Below are positions 47,491-56,665 of a DNA stretch of 64,000 bases, in pieces. The DNA lies in NCBI GenBank assembly GCA_017453725.1, contig JAFTEJ010000004.1, positions 711-64,710 of the forward strand, in the 5' to 3' direction. The translations under genes and the position numbers were made by a program. Origin of the DNA: Clostridia bacterium (lineage in GTDB: Bacteria > Bacillota > Clostridia > Oscillospirales > RGIG8002). The notes beneath the pieces were generated by a model. That model was not told where the DNA came from, did not search any database, and saw nothing but the letters and a program-made list of their open reading frames with translations. Within the stretch, counting starts at the first letter, position 1. Every line of letters starts with the position of its first letter.

Positions 47491-48289
47491 CGTAAAGGTC
47501 GCCGCCGTCACCGGCGCTTCGAGCGGGATAGGCCTTTCCGCCGCGAAGATGTTCGCCGACCGCGGATACAATGTTTACTGCCTCAGCCGCACCGCTCCGA
47601 ACGACGGGCGCGTTACGCACATACCGACCGACGTATCCGACGAAAACGCCGTTACCGCCGCTTTTGAACGCATAAAAAGCGAAGCGGGACGCCTCGACGT
47701 TCTCGTCAACAACGCGGGGTTCGGAATTTCCGGCGCTACCGAGCTGACCGATACCGCCGAAGCAAAGCGCCTTTTCGACGTCAACTTCTTCGGGCAGTTC
47801 ATCTGCGCTAAACACGCCGCCCCCCTGCTGCGCGAAACGCGCGGCGCGATCGTCAACGTAAGCTCCGCGGCGGCGATATTCTCGATTCCATATCAGGCTT
47901 TCTATTCAGCCTCAAAATCCGCGATAAACTCCCTCACACTCGCGATGAGAAGCGAGCTCAAGCCCTTCGGCGTCCGAGTCAGCGCCGTTATGCCCGGCGA
48001 CGTCCGCACCGGCTTCACCGCCGCGAGGATAAAGGACGACGGCGAAAAAACGCTCTATTCCGATACGGTCAAGGCTTCCGTCGCCGTTATGGAAAAGGAC
48101 GAGATAAACGGTATGCCGCCGGAAAAGGTCGCGAGAATCATCGTGAAACTCGCCGAGAAGCGCGACCCGAAGCCCCTGACCGTCGCCGGCGGCAAATACA
48201 AGGTCTTCGCCCTGCTGAACAAGCTCCTGCCGACCGGGCTCGTCAATTCCATAGTCGGGTCGATGTATATAAAAAGCGAAAAGAAATAA
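47483..48289 (+). CDS. classical short-chain dehydrogenase/reductase (candidate 3-keto-amine reductase)
   Basis: 268 aa. TGASSGIG cofactor motif, NNAG, and the catalytic S...YSASK triad. Its ATG lies 8 nt inside the upstream ORF (AATGAGTAA). Confidence 0.8.
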   Translation: MSNVKVAAVTGASSGIGLSAAKMFADRGYNVYCLSRTAPNDGRVTHIPTDVSDENAVTAAFERIKSEAGRLDVLVNNAGFGISGATELTDTAEAKRLFDVNFFGQFICAKHAAPLLRETRGAIVNVSSAAAIFSIPYQAFYSASKSAINSLTLAMRSELKPFGVRVSAVMPGDVRTGFTAARIKDDGEKTLYSDTVKASVAVMEKDEINGMPPEKVARIIVKLAEKRDPKPLTVAGGKYKVFALLNKLLPTGLVNSIVGSMYIKSEKK

Positions 48290-48300
48290 TATCGCCAAAC

Positions 48301-48325
48301 GGAGACCGCCAAAGCCGCGGTCTCC
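48301..48325 (+). terminator. hairpin after the SDR gene
   Basis: A 9-bp stem GGAGACCGC/GCGGTCTCC with a 7-nt loop. The T-tract is weak, so it may be only a partial terminator. Confidence 0.4.
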
Positions 48326-48352
48326 GACTTACTATGCGAAAGAGGCAGCCGA

Positions 48353-50803
48353 ATGTCGTTAACTATCCACAGTCCGACTTGTGAATACCGAATACACGCG
48401 CTCGGCGTCGGAACTCCGAACCCTGTCATGGGGTGGAAACTTTCCGGCGAAAACGGAGCGCGGCAGACCGCCTACCGCGTCGAGGTCTTTGACGAAGGCG
48501 GCAACGCCGTTTGGGATTCCGGCAAGGTCGCCTCCGACCGGCAGTTCGGAATCGAAATCAACCCCGAAACGCCGCTAAAACCGATGAGCGAATACAGATT
48601 CACAGTGACGGTGTGGGACGAAAACGGCGACCCGTCGCAGCCCGCCGAATCGCGCTTTGTGACAGGATTTTTCAAGTCGCACCAATGGCGCGGAGACTGG
48701 CTTCGCATCTGGCACTACGGCGGCGTTCACTTCTTCAGACGCGAATTCATGCTTGAGAACGTATCCGATATACGCTATGCTTACGCTTTCATCGGCGCTT
48801 TCGGCGACAAGGGCAACTCCTGCGTTCCGTTCCTCAACGGCGCGAGGATCGGCGACGCACCGCTTTTCCCCGGCGCTTCCGAATACTTCACCGCGCAGTA
48901 CGTTTGCCGCGACGTAAAGCCCTTGCTCATGAACGGCGCGAACGCGGTCGGGCTTATGCTCGCGCGGACAGCCTCGATGATACTAAAAATCAAATACCAC
49001 GACGGCTCCGAGCTCTTCATAGACTGCAAACGCGACGAATGGAAAGCAAAGTCCGGCGGCGGATACAGGCTCGGCTATGAGGATAGCATGCAGCACGGCA
49101 AATTCGAGGAGTTCGACGCACGCGAAGCGTTCCGCGGCTGGGCGGAGCCCGGCTTCGACGATACCCTCTGGGAACAGGCCGGCGAAGCGCGCCCGATAAT
49201 CGACCTCGCTCCGCTGTTTCTGCGTCCGCAGCTTTGCGCGGCGAAGACTGGCGGTATTGCTCAGCCCGTTAAAGTATCCGCCGTCAGCGGCGGCTATATC
49301 GCCGATTTCGGCAATAATCTCGCAGGCTTCGCGGCGATTCGTATGAAAGGAAAAGCCGGAGAGACAGTCACGCTCCGCTACGCCGAAAAGCTCGACGAAA
49401 ACGGCGCCCCCGTCTTCCCCGACCGGCGCGGCGCTTATAACAAATACACCTTCGCGACTGACGAAAGCGAAGAGTATTCGCCGCTCTTTATGTATACCGG
49501 ATTCCGCTACGTAGGCGTGTCCGGCAACGCCGAGCTCGAATCGATAACGGCGTATCCGATACACAGCGACGTTATTAACTCCTCCGGCTTCGACTGCTCC
49601 GACGACGCGATCCGCGCAATATACAATACCGCGAGAAGAAGCTTTCTTTCAAACCTCGTCAACATCCCCACCGACTGCCCCGAGCGCGAACGCCGCGGCT
49701 GGACAGCCGACGCGTACGCGGTATGCGAAGCGGAATGTACGACCTTTGACGCTCACACATTCTACGCGCAATGGCTCGAAAGCATGCGAGACTGCCGGCG
49801 CGGGAACGGCTGGATACCGGTGGAGCTTCCGCTTTCCACCGACGACTGTATCGACGTAAACTGGCCGGCGGCGGCAGTATTTATTCCGTTCACGCTTTAT
49901 CGGCAATACGGCGACCTGCGTCTCGTCAAAAGGCATATGCCTATGATGAAGGCGTGGCTGGCGCTGCTTGAGGAGCTATGCGACGAGAATTATGAGATAG
50001 CGGAATGCTATATGAGCTACAAGGATTGGATCGCGGCGGAACCCGCGAGCCCGCGCTTCCTTTCGGCGCTTTACTTTTTCAGATGCGCTCATCTGCTCGC
50101 CCGGCTTGCCGAAGCCGTCGGAGAAACAAACGACGCCGCGTACTGCTCCGCGCTCGCGCAAAGGATACGCGACGCGATAAACGCAAACCACCTCACCGTC
50201 CGCGGCGCGGAAGCGTATTACGATAACGGAAGCCAGAGCTCAAACGCGCACGCGCTATTCTTCGGCGTCTGCCCGGAGGAGCTGCGCCCGGCGGTCACCG
50301 CGCACCTCGTCAACGACATCGAGCAAAAGCAAACCTCCACCTGCGGCTTTATGGGCACGGCGTGCATACTCGAAGCGCTCTCGGAAAACGGCAGAAGCGA
50401 CGTCGCCTACCGCCTGATAAAAAACCGCAGCCGGGGCGGCTGGCTCTACCTCATCGAGAACTGCGGCGCGACGACCTTCCCCGAGCATTTCAACGGCGGC
50501 GGCTCGCAAAACCACGCCTTCCTCGGAAGCGCGCCCGCGCTGTGGGTATATAAGCATCTTGTCGGGATCTCCCCGCTGCTGCCGGGTTACAAGCGCGTTC
50601 GCGTCGAGCCGTATATCCCCGATGATATTGAATGCGCCTCTGCGACGACGGATACCCTGTACGGCGAGATTTCGGCGGGCTGGAAAAAGGAAAACGGCGC
50701 GGTAAAGCTCTCGGTCACACTGCCGCCGAACGTTTCGGGAACAGTCGTTTTCGGCGGGCATTCTTACGAGATCGGCTCCGGAGCTCACAGCTTTTCGGCA
50801 TAG
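48353..50803 (+). CDS. GH78 alpha-L-rhamnosidase (intracellular, no signal peptide)
   Basis: 816 aa. An N-terminal bacterial rhamnosidase domain pattern, NIPTDCPERERRGWTADAY (the GH78 catalytic-region motif), and a six-hairpin C-terminal region. Confidence 0.8.
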   Translation: MSLTIHSPTCEYRIHALGVGTPNPVMGWKLSGENGARQTAYRVEVFDEGGNAVWDSGKVASDRQFGIEINPETPLKPMSEYRFTVTVWDENGDPSQPAESRFVTGFFKSHQWRGDWLRIWHYGGVHFFRREFMLENVSDIRYAYAFIGAFGDKGNSCVPFLNGARIGDAPLFPGASEYFTAQYVCRDVKPLLMNGANAVGLMLARTASMILKIKYHDGSELFIDCKRDEWKAKSGGGYRLGYEDSMQHGKFEEFDAREAFRGWAEPGFDDTLWEQAGEARPIIDLAPLFLRPQLCAAKTGGIAQPVKVSAVSGGYIADFGNNLAGFAAIRMKGKAGETVTLRYAEKLDENGAPVFPDRRGAYNKYTFATDESEEYSPLFMYTGFRYVGVSGNAELESITAYPIHSDVINSSGFDCSDDAIRAIYNTARRSFLSNLVNIPTDCPERERRGWTADAYAVCEAECTTFDAHTFYAQWLESMRDCRRGNGWIPVELPLSTDDCIDVNWPAAAVFIPFTLYRQYGDLRLVKRHMPMMKAWLALLEELCDENYEIAECYMSYKDWIAAEPASPRFLSALYFFRCAHLLARLAEAVGETNDAAYCSALAQRIRDAINANHLTVRGAEAYYDNGSQSSNAHALFFGVCPEELRPAVTAHLVNDIEQKQTSTCGFMGTACILEALSENGRSDVAYRLIKNRSRGGWLYLIENCGATTFPEHFNGGGSQNHAFLGSAPALWVYKHLVGISPLLPGYKRVRVEPYIPDDIECASATTDTLYGEISAGWKKENGAVKLSVTLPPNVSGTVVFGGHSYEIGSGAHSFSA

Positions 50804-50833
50804 TCGAACGGCAGATAAAACGACACAACAATA

Positions 50834-50861
50834 CGCCCTTCCGCGGCATTGCGGAAGGGCG
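50834..50861. terminator. bidirectional terminator between GH78 and tcdA
   Basis: An 11-bp perfect stem CGCCCTTCCGC/GCGGAAGGGCG with loop GGCATT, followed by CATACTTTT. Confidence 0.65.
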
Positions 50862-50876
50862 CATACTTTTAACGGA

Positions 50877-51584
50877 TTATTTCGCTATTCTCTTTATGAC
50901 CTCGCCCGCCATTATCAGGCCTGCGACCGACGGTACGAACGAAACGCTCGCGGGAGCGGGTCTGCCGCTTTCGCGCTTCTCGCCGTCCGCATCCGGAGCC
51001 TTCGGCTCCTCTTTCGAGTATACGACGGGCAGCGATTTTATGCCGCGCTTTTTCAGCTCATAGCGCATAACGCGGGCGAGCGGACAGACGGAGGTCTTGT
51101 AGATATCCGCGACCTCGAACCGCGTGGGGTCGAGCTTGTTTCCGGCGCCCATACAGCTTATGACCGGAACTCCGGCGGCGTTCGCGCGGCAGATAAGCTC
51201 GATTTTCGACGAGACGGTATCGATGCAGTCGAGAATGAAATCATAGCGGTCGAGCCGGAAGGAATCCGCGTTTTCGGCCGAGTAAAACGCGGTCACGGCC
51301 TCGATCTCCGCCTCGGCGGAAACGCGTTCGGCGCGTTCCTTCATAACCTCGGCTTTGCTTCTGCCTATCGTTCCGCGGTCGGCGACGAGCTGGCGGTTTA
51401 CGTTTGATTCGGCGACGGCGTCGCCGTCAACGAAGGTGAGTCTGCCGACTCCCGCGCGGACGAGCGCCTCGGCGGCGAAGGAGCCTACCCCGCCGACGCC
51501 GAACACGGCGACGGAAGCGTTATTCAGCTTTTTCACCGCGTCGTCGCCGAGCAGCGAACGCGTCCTTATCTGCCAGTCGCTCAT
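50877..51584 (-). CDS. tcdA: tRNA threonylcarbamoyladenosine dehydratase (ThiF/E1-like)
   Basis: 235 aa. VAVFGVGGVGSFAAEALVRAGVGRLTFVDGDAVAESNVNRQ and DCIDTVSSK are as in TcdA/CsdL. Its ATG overlaps the upstream stop (ATGA). Confidence 0.8.
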   Translation of the reverse strand: MSDWQIRTRSLLGDDAVKKLNNASVAVFGVGGVGSFAAEALVRAGVGRLTFVDGDAVAESNVNRQLVADRGTIGRSKAEVMKERAERVSAEAEIEAVTAFYSAENADSFRLDRYDFILDCIDTVSSKIELICRANAAGVPVISCMGAGNKLDPTRFEVADIYKTSVCPLARVMRYELKKRGIKSLPVVYSKEEPKAPDADGEKRESGRPAPASVSFVPSVAGLIMAGEVIKRIAK

Positions 51585-54500
51585 ATTATCCCCGCCGCCT
51601 TTTTCATTATCCGCAGCGCGTCGCTGACGGTGATCGAGCCGTCGGAATCCATATCCGCGACGTCCGCCGCGTCACGCGTCGGCGCGAGCCCGACCGCGAT
51701 ACGCAGCGCGGCGAGCGCGTCGACGACCGTGACTTCGCAGTCGGCGTCTATATCTCCCTCGATGATTTCGTCATACTCGTGGAAACCGCCGAGAAGCTCA
51801 ATCTCCCCTATCTGGAAGCTGCCGGAGCCCGACAGCTCAAGGCGGTAATGCTTATACTCAGCGGGCTCCGCTACCTTGAACGGACGAACGTACTGCGCCC
51901 ACTGATAATCCACACCCTGCTCGCTGATAAGCTCCTTATAGCTTCCGCTTTCGCCGGTTTCGGAGCCGTACAGCTTTATGTTTACAGTCATATTCTGCGT
52001 TCTGCCGGAGGCGACCGTCAGCAACTCGACCTTCTTCGGCTCGGCAAAGGTGAAGTTTACGGTTCCGGTCCCGTTGACCGTCGCGCAGGACGAGGAATTA
52101 TCGACGAAGAGATTTGAGCCGGAGGTGACGCCGCTGTACGTCTTGGCCGCCTCGCCGGTATAATCATCGGCGGTGTTCAGCTTTTCGCGTTTGCCGGTGA
52201 CGGAAGCGAAGTCGCTGCCGACGCCCCAGCAGGATGGCTCGCTGCCCATAACGAAGGTTATCTCCTTCGCCTTCAGCAGGTCATCGTGCGAAATAAAGCA
52301 GTCGTAATACGGAACGCCGTCTATCTTCATAGACTGAATGTAAACGTTATCGGCGCTGTTGTTTTCCGCCGTGACGACGAGGTCGCCGGTCGGCAGGTGC
52401 AGCGTGTATTTCTCATAGAGCGGCGAGGTTATCGCGTACTCGCCGGAGCCCATGTTCAGCGGATAGAAGCCGAGCGCGGTCATAATGTACCACGCGGACA
52501 TCTCGCCGTTGTCCTCGTCTCCGATATAGCCCTGCCCGAACCTGTTGCCGACGAATAAGCGCCCGAGCGCTTCGCGGGTAAGCTCCTGCGTTCTGTAAGG
52601 CTGATCGGCGTAGTTGAACATATAGAGAATGTGGTGCGACGGCTGATTGCTGTGCTGATACTGTCCCATACGCACCTCGCGGGCTTCATACATCTCGTGC
52701 TGCCAGTAATATGACCCGGGCTCCCATCTTGTGGAAGCGCAGAGAAGCTCCTCAAGCTTCGCCGCGAGCCCGTCCTTGCCGCCGTAAAGCCGCGCAAGCC
52801 CGTTGCCGTCCTGCGTTACGGAGAAGGCCGTGCCCCAGCCGTTCGTTTCGATATACCCCTGCGACCAGTCGTAAGGGTTGTACGTATCCGAGTTATAGGA
52901 AAACTCGCCGTATCTGTATTTGACAAAGAAATCGAGCTCGGAGCAGAAGTCGTTCATATAGTCTTTTGCGCGGTCCGAGTAATACTCGTATTCCGCGTCG
53001 AGCCCGAGCGACTTCGCGAGCTGAGCGATGCCGTAATCGTTTATCGCGCTCTCGAGATGCCAGCAGAGGTTGCCGTAATTGTCAACGCCGGCGAAGGGGT
53101 TGACGTTCACGTTCGGACGCCCGAAGTTGCCGGACGCGGGGGTCGAAGCGTTGCGGACGGCGGAAAGGAAGGCTCCTTCCCTGTCGAATTCGATGCCCTT
53201 GACGGCGGCGTCGCCGAAGATGACGTCAGAGCTCGTGCCCGCCATCGCGTTGACCGCGCCGGGATTCAGCCAGCGCCCCACCCATCCGGCGTCGTAATAG
53301 TGAGCGACGAGCCCGTCGAGCAGGTCACCGTCGAGCTCCGGAGTGAGCAGCGCGTAAGCCGCCCAGGCGGTACGGTATGTATCCCAGAAGCCGTTGGTGG
53401 TATATATGGGGCCGTCCTTTCGGACCGGATTATCAAACGCGCTGTGATAAAGGTCGATATGCGCGATCTGCGGCTCGTCGGCGGTGCCGACGTTCTCGCT
53501 CATATTCGTCGGGAAGACGTTGAGTCTGTAAAGGTTGGAGTATAGGGCGACGGTCTCCTCTTCGTTCATTCCCTCGGCTTCAACGACGCCGAGGATCTCG
53601 TTCCAGAGCTCCGCTCCTCTCTCTTTGATGTCCTCGAGCGTATCGGTATCGGCGATCTCGAGGCGCAGGTTTTTCTCCGCCTGCGCGGCGCTCAGATAGG
53701 ACGTCGCAAGGCGCATAACGACCTCGGTCGTGCCCTCCGCAAAGGTCACGGCGCCGATGTCGCGCCCCGAAGCGGTGGTCACGACGCCGCTTGCCGGAGA
53801 CTGATCGAAGCAGCCGTAAAGATACATACGCGGATAGTAGGTGTCAAGCTTCGTCGAGCCGTAATCGATGACGGCGGAAAAACTCCTGCCGCCGTCCGCC
53901 AGCGTAAGCGACCACGACGCCTCCATACCGTCCAGCCCGGTATAAGAGCAGACGGAATCGAGAAGCACGTTTACGTTCGCGGCGTCCGCCGGAAAGGTGA
54001 ATCGCACTATTCCCGCGTGATCGGTCGGCGCGATCTCGACGCGCACTCCGCTCGCGGGAGTTCCCTCGTCAAGCACGACGGAATAGTAGTTCGCGTGGCA
54101 GATCTCGTTATCGCGGCTGAAGGCGCACTTTCTCGAAGCGCAGCTCAGCCCGCCCTTTGAGGGATTGTTCACCGAAGTATTCGGCATAAACATAAACGCG
54201 GCGTAATCGAACAGATGGAAGCTCGCCTGATGCGTTATCATAAAATGCTGTATCGGATACGCCGGATGGTATCTGTAAAGCTCCCTGTGGCCGTCATTGG
54301 TCGAAGGCGTCCAGAGATTGAAGGCGTGCGGAACGCAGACCGCGGGATATGTCAGTCCGCGGTTGGTCTGCGCGGCGCCGTCGTTGCTTCCGCGGCGCGG
54401 GTCGGTGTAGTCGACGAGACTTTCGCACACAAGCGAAGCGCGGTCGCATATCTTCACGTCGTCGATATAGGCGATGGGATTCTTACCGCCTTCGTTGGAG

Positions 54501-55666
54501 GGCTTGTCATAAACGACAACGAGCTTGTCTATCGTCTTGCCCGCCGCCCGGTCGCCGACGCGGGTCTCTATCATATTCCAGTTGCGCGTATAAAGCGCCT
54601 TCGTCTCGCCCTGAGCGCGCGCGGAAATGCCGTGTCTGTTCTGATCGACGGCGCCGAGGTCGCTCAGATACGTCCCGTCGGTAAAGAGCAGGTCGAGCGC
54701 GACGTACTGGCTCGTGTATTCATAGTCGTAGTTATCCTCCGGCTTCGCGTCGGGGATATTCTCAAAATCCGGGAAGATATTGTAGCTGAAATACGTGTTC
54801 TCGGTCACGGGGATCATAAGGTGATCGAAAACGTACGCGTTGGAGTATCCCCTGCCGGCGCCGTTATGCGCGCCGGTCACGCGCATGCAGTGAGTGCCGT
54901 TCCACGGCTCGTTGTTAACGCCGATGAAGGACTCGGCAGGCCCGCCTTCGACGATTTCCGCGAGCAGAGCGCCGGTGGAAAGCGTATTCGCGCCGGAGTT
55001 CTCGCGAAGCGTGAAGTCAGAAAACTGCAGCGTGCCGGAGGTCTCTTCTCCGGCTTTTTTCGTTATTACCATACGGTAATAGCCGTAGTAGCTCTCGTTT
55101 TCAAACGAATACTTCTTCGTCTGCGAGCGCTTCGTGAAGGTCTGCCCCTCGACCGTGTGAAGCACCGTCCATTCTTCGCCGTCGAAGGAGCCCTCGAGCT
55201 TCCAGTCCATAGGCGCGTTGGTGTTGTAGTTGTTGGTGGAGGTGACGGAATAAACGACGCCCTTCGCGGGCTCGCGCATTTTGTAGCTGATGACTATCGG
55301 GAAGGCGGCGTTCGTCATATAGCTTGTAGCGGAGTCGCCGTCCGTGAGGTTCTCCGGAACGCGGGTCGCCGGAGTCGGCGCGGGCGCGGAAACGCTCTCC
55401 ACCATAAGCATCATCCAGTTGTTCGACACGGATGTGTAGACGTTTTCGGCACGCGCGCTGTCGTAGTAACCGCGCATCGGGATGCCGAAGTAGTTTTCGC
55501 CGTTCACGGCGCCCATATCGAATGAAGTGTAAAGCGCCGTATACTCGTTTATCTCCTCCGCGCCGCCCGCGGAAGCTGACGGAACGACCGACGGTATAAA
55601 CGCAAACAGTCCGCCCGCGAGACAAACCGCAAGCAGAACGGCAAGCGCCTTTCTGAAAGTTTTCAT
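51581..55666 (-). CDS. secreted GH92 alpha-mannosidase-like enzyme with N- and C-terminal discoidin (F5/8-C, CBM32-like) modules and a dockerin
   Basis: The listed ORF reaches 55723, but that ATG lies inside the -10 box. The ATG at 55666 (MKTFRKALAVLLAV...) follows AGAGGTG. GH92-type motif GYIGDEDNGEMSAWYIMTALGFYP. Discoidin-like segments PMDWKLEGSFDGEEW and HYRLELSGSGSFQIGEIELLG. Dockerin loops DIDADCEVTVVDA and DMDSDGSITVSDA. Confidence 0.8.
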   Translation of the reverse strand: MKTFRKALAVLLAVCLAGGLFAFIPSVVPSASAGGAEEINEYTALYTSFDMGAVNGENYFGIPMRGYYDSARAENVYTSVSNNWMMLMVESVSAPAPTPATRVPENLTDGDSATSYMTNAAFPIVISYKMREPAKGVVYSVTSTNNYNTNAPMDWKLEGSFDGEEWTVLHTVEGQTFTKRSQTKKYSFENESYYGYYRMVITKKAGEETSGTLQFSDFTLRENSGANTLSTGALLAEIVEGGPAESFIGVNNEPWNGTHCMRVTGAHNGAGRGYSNAYVFDHLMIPVTENTYFSYNIFPDFENIPDAKPEDNYDYEYTSQYVALDLLFTDGTYLSDLGAVDQNRHGISARAQGETKALYTRNWNMIETRVGDRAAGKTIDKLVVVYDKPSNEGGKNPIAYIDDVKICDRASLVCESLVDYTDPRRGSNDGAAQTNRGLTYPAVCVPHAFNLWTPSTNDGHRELYRYHPAYPIQHFMITHQASFHLFDYAAFMFMPNTSVNNPSKGGLSCASRKCAFSRDNEICHANYYSVVLDEGTPASGVRVEIAPTDHAGIVRFTFPADAANVNVLLDSVCSYTGLDGMEASWSLTLADGGRSFSAVIDYGSTKLDTYYPRMYLYGCFDQSPASGVVTTASGRDIGAVTFAEGTTEVVMRLATSYLSAAQAEKNLRLEIADTDTLEDIKERGAELWNEILGVVEAEGMNEEETVALYSNLYRLNVFPTNMSENVGTADEPQIAHIDLYHSAFDNPVRKDGPIYTTNGFWDTYRTAWAAYALLTPELDGDLLDGLVAHYYDAGWVGRWLNPGAVNAMAGTSSDVIFGDAAVKGIEFDREGAFLSAVRNASTPASGNFGRPNVNVNPFAGVDNYGNLCWHLESAINDYGIAQLAKSLGLDAEYEYYSDRAKDYMNDFCSELDFFVKYRYGEFSYNSDTYNPYDWSQGYIETNGWGTAFSVTQDGNGLARLYGGKDGLAAKLEELLCASTRWEPGSYYWQHEMYEAREVRMGQYQHSNQPSHHILYMFNYADQPYRTQELTREALGRLFVGNRFGQGYIGDEDNGEMSAWYIMTALGFYPLNMGSGEYAITSPLYEKYTLHLPTGDLVVTAENNSADNVYIQSMKIDGVPYYDCFISHDDLLKAKEITFVMGSEPSCWGVGSDFASVTGKREKLNTADDYTGEAAKTYSGVTSGSNLFVDNSSSCATVNGTGTVNFTFAEPKKVELLTVASGRTQNMTVNIKLYGSETGESGSYKELISEQGVDYQWAQYVRPFKVAEPAEYKHYRLELSGSGSFQIGEIELLGGFHEYDEIIEGDIDADCEVTVVDALAALRIAVGLAPTRDAADVADMDSDGSITVSDALRIMKKAAGII

Positions 55667-55722
55667 ATCGCACCTCTTTCTATGTAAATGAAAAACTATC
55701 CACAACTTTAATACTACTCTCA

Positions 55723-55751
55723 ATTATACTTTACGGCAATATCGATGTCAA
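55723..55751 (-). promoter_or_regulatory. consensus sigma-A promoter of the GH92-tcdA unit
   Basis: On the minus strand: TTGACA (55751-55746), a 17-nt spacer, TATAAT (55728-55723). Confidence 0.65.
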
Positions 55752-55753
55752 GT

Positions 55754-55786
55754 AAAATCACGGAGCCGCTACGGGCGACTCCGTGA
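55754..55786 (-). terminator. terminator after the DUF624 gene
   Basis: TCACGGAG...CTCCGTGA stem (55758-55786). On the minus strand it is followed by TTTTA. Confidence 0.6.
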
Positions 55787-55791
55787 CAGTT

Positions 55792-56628
55792 TTATTTATC
55801 GGCATCCCTTCTGCTATCCTTAAAAATCGGCTCGTCTGAAGGCTTGTCGCCGTCCGACTCCTCGGCGATCCGCGCCTGCTCCTCTTCATACGGTCCGACG
55901 ATATGCTTATAGACGACGGCGAAAGAGTTGTAGTTGATGAGATAGCCCCGGAATCCGACGACGATAAGCGGCGTTATGACGATCACTATACCTATCCCGA
56001 CGCTGCTGCCTATCGTCGCGATGAAATAAAGCACGACGACGATCAGCAGACGGACAAGCACGACGAACAGGTTTCTCAGGAATCCGAGACAGGCAAGATA
56101 AAAGGCGTTTTTGAAAATCTTGACATAGCCGAAATCGAAGGACACAAGCTGCATATACGTATACATACGCATCATCGTGTATATCGCGGCGAAGGCAAAA
56201 ACGACTCCGAAGCCCATAAGATAGAAGAAGCTCGGCTGCGCGAACACCCCTTCGTAGATTATCAGCCCGCCCATAATGCCGTACCAGCGCATCGCAATGA
56301 ACGACAGCGCGTAGACGACGAGGTCGGCGATCCCGAGCGGAAGCGACTTCCAGAAATACTTCGTGAAAGTCTCGACGAAATCGCTCCAGAGGAAAACGCC
56401 CTTTTTGCGCACCATATTGCGTATGACGTAAACGAAAGCGCAGGTCGCCGCCGGCATCGTAACGACCGGTATAGAAAAGAGCAGCCACATCAACCCGAGC
56501 AGCGTCAGCTTCCAGAAGTTGGTCGTATAGACGTCGAAGAAGTTGAAAAGGCCTTTGTCCCGCAGGTCGTCCTTGGATACGCCTTTACCCTCGCGCGTCT
56601 GATCGTAGTATTTGCTTAAAAATCCCAT
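55792..56628 (-). CDS. YesL-like (DUF624) polytopic membrane protein
   Basis: 278 aa with an AAAGGAAG RBS. N-terminal FFDVYTTNFWKLTLLGLMWLLFSIPVVTMPAATCAFVYVIRNMVRK resembles DUF624. Several TM helices and an acidic tail. Confidence 0.55.
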   Translation of the reverse strand: MGFLSKYYDQTREGKGVSKDDLRDKGLFNFFDVYTTNFWKLTLLGLMWLLFSIPVVTMPAATCAFVYVIRNMVRKKGVFLWSDFVETFTKYFWKSLPLGIADLVVYALSFIAMRWYGIMGGLIIYEGVFAQPSFFYLMGFGVVFAFAAIYTMMRMYTYMQLVSFDFGYVKIFKNAFYLACLGFLRNLFVVLVRLLIVVVLYFIATIGSSVGIGIVIVITPLIVVGFRGYLINYNSFAVVYKHIVGPYEEEQARIAEESDGDKPSDEPIFKDSRRDADK

Positions 56629-56665
56629 TTGAACTTCCTTTCAGAATCGAATTCCCCGTCGCCGC

